Assembly (NCBI RefSeq): GCF_006345805.1
Contig: NC_042997.1
Span: forward strand, 69,626,001 to 69,690,000
DNA from: Octopus sinensis
Taxonomy: Eukaryota
DNA: 64,000 nucleotides
Direction: 5' to 3'
The notes beneath the pieces are model-generated. The model was not told where the DNA came from, searched no databases, and worked only from the letters and a program-made list of their open reading frames with translations. Within the stretch, counting starts at the first letter, position 1. The number at the start of each line of letters is the position of its first letter. Made by a program: the position numbers and the translations under genes. This document shows positions 55,476 to 64,000 of the stretch, in pieces.

Positions 55476-55548
55476 GCCTTCTTTCTTCAGTCGAGTTACC
55501 AGATGTTCTTACAGTTTCGGCTAGTTACACTTTAGGCTGTTCGATCTG
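55476..55548 (-). ncRNA. Non-circularly permuted hammerhead candidate, copy 3 (degenerate)
   Basis: Minus strand: ACAG(C)-C-TAAAGT ... GCC-GAA-ACTGT ... ACTCGA-CTGAAGA-(5 nt)-GGC; U16.1 changed to C and two stem I mismatches. Confidence 0.5.
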
Positions 55549-56138
55549 ATTGTCCCTAAAAAAGTCTAAGCTAAGAGCATTATATTTTTTGTAAGAAAGC
55601 TAGTGAATGTGTACGGCAGATGTATATATATATATCTGTGTGTGTGTGTGTGCATGTTCGCATGCGCGTGTGTGTAAATGTATATGTGTAAGCATATATA
55701 TAATCGTCATTTAGAAAATCTTTATTTGCATCGTGTACAGCGAGATCTAGAATGATTATTTGCATATTTACTCTTAAGTATTTACTCACTCCGCTCTCCA
55801 TCTCTGTCTGTCCGTCTGTCTCTCTCTTTCTTACATTTATAATATATATGTGTGTGAGTGCGTGTGCGCATATAAATATGTATTTGTGTTCGTGTGTGTG
55901 CGCGCATGTACATATATATATTTACGTATACTTGCATATTACATTGATAGACAGATTCACAGATACGTGCACACACGCAGACACATACTCTTATATGCTT
56001 ACACTTTATACTCACACTATCTCTTTCTCTATGCCGTCCTGTTACTCAGATCTACGCAATCACACATACATGCATGCATGAATACATACATACATACATA
56101 CATGCATACATACATACATACATACATACATACATACA

Positions 56139-56170
<32 letters not shown>

Positions 56171-56775
56171 ATCATAGATATACGTACATTTACGAATATA
56201 ATACTCTCTCATGAATACATACTAAGAAAAAACTACACAGTACATATCCTAAAGCTAGCAATTAATTTAAATCTGACGAGAATATCATGTACATATATTG
56301 GTTATTAAATAATATTGCATATTTGTTTTTATATTTTTAGAGATTTTTATTATATTATGTCCTTTTTTTATGTCTTTCAAAAATACGGAATTAATTTATG
56401 TTTGATATATTGCGTTTTTATCGGTTTCATATATTATAAAGAAATATATAATAGTGTACGTACTTTCGGGTATTTAAATTGTGTGTGTGTCTGTGCATAT
56501 ATATGTGTATGTATGTGCGTATGTATGTATGTATATGTATATATATATATAATATATATATATATATGTATATATATATAATATATATTATATATAGTAG
56601 ATAGAAATAATAGATAGATAGAAACATAGATAGATATAGATTATGTAATATATGCGTGTATATCTTCATAAATATGCATATTGATACACACAGATATACA
56701 TCTATGTTTGTGCATATCAATGCACCTACATATAGACATATAATAATAATAATAATATAATAATAATAATAATAA

Positions 56776-56813
<38 letters not shown>

Positions 56814-56956
56814 TAAGAATGACTTTGTATCATATTCTTGTAATATCAATATAATCCCTGGAGGCAGGGAGCTTTTAACACTTGTAGTAGCATATGCTTA
56901 CTTATACATATGCATACATACATATATACATACATATATATATATATATATATATG

Positions 56957-57004
<48 letters not shown>

Positions 57005-57249
57005 TGACATGCATATATACACACGCATACATACATACATACATGCATACATACATACATACATGCAAATGTACATATATACATGTATATGTGTGTTTAT
57101 GTATACTGATATATGTAAACAGGAAAAGTATATATGCATACATATATATGTGTGCACGCGCGTATATATATATATATATATTATATATATATATATTATA
57201 TATAGATATAATATATATATATATATTATAATATATATCTTATGTATTA

Positions 57250-57281
<32 letters not shown>

Positions 57282-57689
57282 TATACACACACACACACAC
57301 AAACACAAACACACACACACGCATACATGTGGAGTGTATTGCATCATATAGACGTAAATACTAATTTTGTTGATCTCGGATTGATAGAAAGGAATATTGC
57401 AACTGACACGAGCAATATTTTATTTCTGCATGCAATGAAGAATAACTGAATGCACAATACATTTTGTGCGATACTCAAGCGGTTTTACCAAGAAAACGAT
57501 ACGCCTCTCATTTAATAAATAAATCATGATTTCCGTGTTTATGCTCTCTCTCCTTCCACTTGTATTAATTAATCAAAATATTAATTTCGCATTCTGTGAG
57601 ATCGGTACACTATTTAATCTACAGATTCTTGTGACGGAATCAAAATTAGTAATCAAGTATGCTGAAATTGTATTGAGTGTTATTACTAA

Positions 57690-57781
<92 letters not shown>

Positions 57782-57832
57782 TAGATAGATCGATAGATAG
57801 ATATAGATAGATAGATAGATAATAATGTATAT

Positions 57833-57910
<78 letters not shown>

Positions 57911-58138
57911 TATAATTAATCAATATAGGGTGGCAAGGAAAATCTTGTAGAATTTTATTGCCACCAGCGGCCCAGTGGGAAAAAATTAATAGTCATAGAC
58001 CATTTTTAAGTTCAACATTAACAATTAAGGAACGGCCATAATAGGCCATTCACCCACTAGAAATAACAGCCAAAGCTTCTACCGCAAATAAAGATTAATT
58101 CCGTAACCAGGAGAAAATTAAAAAACATTTACCCTGTA

Positions 58139-58243
58139 ATTTCTTGTACGGTATAACCGTTTCATCCGCTGTTTAATGGTAACTAACCTGATAAATTAAA
58201 TCAAGCCATCTTCCATAAGCCCTCGGATTCTTCAGCAAGAAAT
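58139..58243 (-). ncRNA. Type I hammerhead ribozyme
   Basis: Stem I ATTTCTTG/CAAGAAAT (8 bp); CTGAAGA; stem II ATCCG/CGGAT with ~55-nt loop; GAAA; stem III CGGT/ACCG; GUA triplet. Confidence 0.85.
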
Positions 58244-58537
58244 AGCTCAAGTCGGAACAGATATTTACACGAGGCATACCCAATCTTGCCAAGGCAATAT
58301 CTGACCTAAAATTTTCAAATCGTCGCACTCGCGCAAATTTATCGGCAGCAAATAATATCAGCCGTCGATTCCATTACGGAATCAACCAAAAATTCATAAT
58401 TAATCAATATAGGGTGGGTGGCAAGGAATTTTGTAGAATTTTATTGCCACCAGCTGCCACGATTGAAAATTTTAGGTCAGATATTGCCTTGGCAAGATTG
58501 GGTATGCCTCGTGTAAATATCTGTTCCGACTTGAGCT

Positions 58538-58641
58538 ATTTCTTGCTGAAGAATCCGAGGGCTTATTGAAGATTGGCTTGATTTAATTTAATCAGTTAGT
58601 TACCATTAAACAGCGGATGAAACGTATACCGTACAAGAAAT
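58538..58641 (+). ncRNA. Type I hammerhead ribozyme (inverted copy)
   Basis: ATTTCTTG-CTGAAGA-ATCCG...CGGAT-GAAA-CGTATACCG-TA-CAAGAAAT. Confidence 0.8.
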
Positions 58642-59094
58642 TACAGGGTAAATGTTTTTAATTTTCTCCTGTTTACGGAATTAATCTTTATTTGCGGTAG
58701 AAGCTTTGGCTGTTATTTCTAGTGGGTGTATGGCCTATTATGGCCGTTCCTTAATTGTTATATATTTCATATATATATATATATACATACATATATATAT
58801 ATGTACGTATATATATATATATATATAACATACATATATACATACATATGCATTTATACATATGCGTATATACATATATATATATACATATACATTTGTA
58901 TATATGCATATATATATATATATGTGTGTGTGTGTTTGTGTGTAATGTTAATGCATTGATTTTTTTCCTGCAATATATGGCAGATGATCGTCTATTTGCA
59001 AACTTCTTCCATTTCGCAAGTGTATATATGATTGAAGTTAAATTGCTCCATTTCTCTCTCATACTCTTTCTTTCTTTCTTTCTTTCTGTCTGTT

Positions 59095-59128
<34 letters not shown>

Positions 59129-59435
59129 GATTTCTTTTATCGTACTACCACCGTCTCCTCGACTAATAAATTATTCATTGAGCAATAGAGAAAGAACTTT
59201 GTGCTGTGACTCAATGTATCTTCTGAAATTTTCAGTTTTCTTCCAGCTCAATAACACATTAAACTGCCAATCCCGCCTTTCTTTTTTTTTTTTTTTTTTT
59301 TTGAATGGTTCTTCACTCTAAATAAATATTACCAATACAGTTTTCTGACAATTTACAAACGGTTGAAATTCCTTTTCTTGTAGCTTCCACTTATACAACT
59401 GACCAGCTTCATTTCAATATACTTCTATCAATAAT

Positions 59436-59716
59436 GAAGGCACACGGGTTAGTGGTTAGGGTATTCAGCACACGAGTTCGATTCCCGGTGGTGTATAATG
59501 TCCTTCAGGAAGATATCTTATTCACGTTGCTTCAGTTCACTCAACTGGCAAAAATCTATTGTACCTGTAATACAAAGTGTCAATCTTGTCAAATTCCATG
59601 TCACGCTGAATTTCCTTGAGAACTACGTTACGAGTATGCGTGACTGAAGAGTGCTCAACCACTTGCACGTTTTCGAATCAACTGGAATAACCGTGGTAGT
59701 AACCGACGGAGAGCCA
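59436..59716 (+). mobile_element. tRNA-derived SINE family D (older; related pieces at ~1530-1620, ~1790-1925, ~46575-46680)
   Basis: TTAGTGGTTAGG A-box-like, GAGTTCGATTCCC B box, CACGTTGCTTCAG..CACTCAACTG core, GAACTACGTTA motif. Confidence 0.6.
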
Positions 59717-60504
59717 CTTAGTTATACATAAACCAATAAATTTCTTAATATGTATGTTTTACAAGTCTTAAATTTTAGGTCAACCAATTAAAAGTCATTA
59801 TTTGATTCTAAGAGGGAAATCCATAACGTTTACTTACCATTCCAGAATGAACGGTGTGATAGAATCCTTTCTTGTTCTTGTTGATGATGTCATAGAAGCA
59901 CCATCATGTCTTCAGCATCTTTAGACCTAACGCAGCCCAAAACTCTCTATGTCTGACACATTTAATTTCTCCTTCAAAGAGAGAAAGAGGGGGGGGGGGA
60001 GAACCGATATTAGCACAGAACTAATCATAATAAACTCCGAAAGGATGGACAAAATAATTGACCTTGACAGTATTTGAAATCCAGAACGATTAACAGAAAG
60101 CAATCAATCCAATGTCCTAATGACCCTAATAATTGACTGCCAGAGATAAGTAATCACAATGTGTGCAGAGATAACTAATCACAATGCAGTATTTCTAGAA
60201 GGAAGTTACTGGGTCACGCGTTTAGTCTTTTTGTAGTAATTTTGTCCTCAGGTGACCTCTGATCCAGATGACCAATAATAAAAGGGGTTACAGACATAAT
60301 GTATTTTGGTCAGTCGTTCTCAACTTTGTAGAAACATAGCAGTTTTTCTCACTCTTGTATCTATCTTTAAACTAATTTTCTTAGTATTTTTCCCTGAACA
60401 GAATATCGGTTTTAGCACTTCCAAAAGAGTTGCAATTACTTGATGAACAATTGTATCAAGCATAACATTCTTTCCTGCTCTCCTTTCTTTATTTCATCAT
60501 TCGT

Positions 60505-60582
<78 letters not shown>

Positions 60583-61029
60583 TTACCATTCTTTCGTCTT
60601 TGATTTCAGTCTGTTGTCTCATTCTAAACATGTTAACATTTGATGGACGTGTCCTACGCACTCATGAAGCATTAAGTTATGTAGAACTGAGTCGAAGTGC
60701 TATTGTGTGTGTGTATGTGTGTGTGTGAGTGTATGTGTGTATGTATATGCTTTCTTTCATGAAAAAGAGCTTGTACCTCGAAACGTTGAACGAAACTTCT
60801 CATGTTTTACTTCACTAAATGTATTGTTATGTACATAGATAGGGAATAAAGAATTGTTTGAGATCATCTTGAAATCGTATGAGAAAAAGAAACCGAAGGC
60901 GAAATTATCTATGTTACAGAAAATTATAGTCAGAGTGTCATCTAGGGGCCCATTCAAGAAATGCTGCAGTTCTTGGTTCATACTAACAAATAAGCGAAAG
61001 TTCCTTTCCTAACTGCCATTCCCCGGCCT

Positions 61030-61640
61030 ACAGGTGCGCTAATGATTGAGGCCATTTAGTCGAAATATGCTCATCACTTTCACCACATTTAAAATTTCCC
61101 CCTCATCTTCCTTTCCAAATGGAACTTGAAAAGTTTTGGTTAAATGGAAAAATGATTGTACTCAGTGCGTTGAACCACGCGAATCTCACATCCTTTTTCA
61201 CTATAGCCACTATACAATGAAAAGCTGCTCATTCTTCCTTACTAAAAAAAGGCGCTGAACTCATAATGGATTTAGCCAATCTCCATATCCGTTCTACTCA
61301 CAACAACAGCTGTTCAACAAACCCACTGTAGTCAGCAATACTTTCAAGGTATTTTCGTTTCTTTCTGCGCAATTCTTGGGTGAGTGTCGCTGACGGTGCT
61401 ATGGTGCCTGCAGAACTTATTCCGATCAAGAGTATTTACCAATTTGGTATAAACTCTACAAGGCCTTTCTATTGCCCAACCAGCCGAGATATTTCTAAAA
61501 GTTGTCCATGGATCACGGGCCGAAAATGCTCTAGAAAAGACTATTTACTTGATCTTCCTTGATGCCGAGAATCTCTCCTATACGTCGTTGCCTTAGCTCA
61601 CCACTAATACTCTACAGTATGTAAGGGGTGCTGTACCGCT
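61030..61640 (-). mobile_element. Old Tx1/L1-clade LINE 3' fragment, same family as 8.3-12 kb
   Basis: Reverse complement GCAACGACGTATAGGAGAGATTCTCGGCATCAAGGAAGATCAA...TCCATGGACAACTTTTAGAAATATCTC aligns by eye with 11597-11705 and 9643-9745. Confidence 0.65.
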
Positions 61641-62084
61641 GGCAATATTGTTCGACTGATAGACAATAATAATAATTATATTAATTATTATTATGTTTTA
61701 TTTGTTTGCCAGAAGGGACAGCAAATAATGGGAGAGAGAAAGGGCGGAACATACAGATATAGAAAGGGATATAAGAGAAGTTTAAGAAGAGAGAAAGGTA
61801 GACATTATGTATGTATGTATGTATGTATGTATGTATGTATGTATGTATGTATGTATGTATGTATGTATGTATGTATGTATGTATGTATGTGTTTGCGTGT
61901 GTGTGTGTGCATATGTATGTATGAGTGTCTGTATGTATGGATGTGCTTATTAGAAAGAGAGACAGAAAGACGGAGTGCGGGATAGAGAGTGAAAAAGAGA
62001 TACGAAGTGTGTCTAATTTTCTCTATGAACCTGAGGCATTTGGAGCTGATCCAGCAGAAACTGGCAATCTTATGACTGAATAAT

Positions 62085-62106
62085 AACGATAACAACAACA
62101 TCAATA

Positions 62107-62147
<41 letters not shown>

Positions 62148-62240
62148 GAAGAAGAAGAAGAAGAAGAAGAAGAAGAAGAAGAAGAAGAAGAAGAAAAAGA
62201 AAAAGAAAAAGAAGAAGAAGAAGAAGAAGAAGAAGAGTGA
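62085..62240. repeat. (GAT)n/(GAA)n compound microsatellite
   Basis: Directly visible; explains ORFs 62107..62448 and 61805..62350. Confidence 0.95.
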
Positions 62241-62502
62241 TGGCGGGTCTGATGATGATGATATCGTTTATCTAGACAGGCAGAGGCCAAGTGAAAACAT
62301 AACGGCAAGACCGACCTCCTTTGAAGAGTTTCGTTTCCTCGTACACACATCTAATATATGTATTTATGCGACCAAAGGTGTTGATTTAACCCACCTATGG
62401 TTCGAGATTCTCGCTTTTGTACGTTTCTTGAGACACACTTTTTGCTAGTACATACTTCTGTACACACACACAACACACACACATGTATATATAAGTATAT
62501 AC

Positions 62503-62560
<58 letters not shown>

Positions 62561-63313
62561 TATATATATATGTTGTATGTATGTATATATGTATGTGCAT
62601 ATATATAAGTATAAATGTATGTAAGTATGTATGTATGCGTGGTATGAGATATGATATAAAGAGAGAGAGGAAGTGTGTATGTATATCTATATATGTATGT
62701 TTGTATATGTATATATGTGTGTGTGCATGTATATATATATATCTATCTATCTGTATATATATATATATATATATGGTGGATGGTGGTGGTGTAATTATAG
62801 ACGCATGAAATTTACGAAATACTGAAAAATGGGCAGAGTCAATATGCGACAAGCACTGTACCGAGGCAGTCTCTTGTTCTTACTGTGTTATCAGCCAAGG
62901 GTGAAGAACGAGTATTAAGTTATAAATTGGATAATGGTAAATAATGGATTAAGAAGGTCCGAGGAAAAAGAAAACAAATCAAAAATAAACACTAAACCCA
63001 TGAAAGCTATGGTACATTTAACGCTATAAAGTGAAGCAATTAAATACCTACACACAGAATTAATCTACCATCGACAACAGTTAATGGACAACCATTATTT
63101 TCAACATAATACCGTAAATGATAGCAGCTAATACACTCATTGAAAGATTTTCTATCAATTTGTCTGTCTTGTCTCTACTCCTATTGCTTGAGTATGTGTG
63201 TAGGTGCTCGCACACATATTCACTCAACACACACAAGCATACACACGCACACACACACATTTAATATAAATATAGTAGTTTCTGTAGAAAAATGTATAAC
63301 CCCTATCTCAATT

Positions 63314-63367
<54 letters not shown>

Positions 63368-63380
63368 TAGATAGATAGAT

Positions 63381-63441
<61 letters not shown>

Positions 63442-64000
63442 GATAGATAGATATACAGTAAAAATCTATCTATATGTATGTATGGATGGATGTATGTATA
63501 CGACGTGCTTCATTCTGTTTCTGTCTACCAAACCCACTCAGAGTGCTCTGCTCGGAAATGTAGTGACAAACACTTGTCCAATGTGCCTCGCAGTGAGACT
63601 AAACTCGGAACCATGTAGTTGAGAAGCAAATTTCTTATCACACAGTCACATATATATGAAATAATATAATATAATATAATATAATATAATATAAATGCAT
63701 ACACAATGTATTATTTTAATGTATAAAGGAAATCGGTGAAAAGTTGTTTAGATGAAATGTATACAACAGCTTGCTTTTCTGTCAAGTGAGTGTCAAGTGA
63801 GTACAGATAAATAAGTATATTTTATAGACAGTATATTAATTCAAAATACACGATTGGTTTTTAATTGTATGAATACGAATCGATTTCTTCTCAATGTTTA
63901 GCTAGATAACATGTGTACGAAGTTTTACTGTTTTTTTTTTATTTATTACAAAACGGTTTATGAACGATTTTCCTTAATCACAATGTTACATGGAAAAGGA

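Larger units (their letters stand above)
57907..58760. mobile_element. Penelope-pLTR/retrozyme-like element: ~486-bp unit with ~60-bp direct repeats plus a ~305-bp inverted copy
   Basis: Direct repeats 57907-57968 and 58393-58454; inverted arms 58019-58327 and 58455-58760; a hammerhead in each arm; (TA)n flanks. Confidence 0.8.

Overview
AT-rich, microsatellite-saturated eukaryotic DNA with no convincing host protein-coding gene. It is intergenic or lies within a large intron. The SINE families and (TA)n/(CA)n/(TACA)n/(GATA)n density look like an Octopus (coleoid cephalopod) genome (inference). Almost all ORFs in the supplied track are microsatellite read-throughs. Recognisable content: dozens of tRNA-derived SINEs; decayed LINEs (Tx1/L1-type, CR1, RTE-like, CRE-like); Tc1 and maT/mariner transposase relics; hAT, piggyBac and Helitron-like non-autonomous elements; a ~780-bp tandem duplication; a 100-N gap. 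The notable signal is RNA structure. Small non-coding elements, mostly in (TA)n tracts, carry hammerhead-ribozyme (HHR) motifs. These are canonical type I HHRs in a perfect 132-bp palindrome (17475-17606) and in a direct-plus-inverted repeat (57907-58760), a tRNA-promoter/minimal-HHR element with a target-site duplication (39014-39355), and three divergent copies of a hammerhead whose strands are in a non-circularly permuted, pseudoknotted order with compensatory changes in every helix (20584-20659, 21235-21312, 55476-55548). All folds were inferred by eye and none has been tested for activity.
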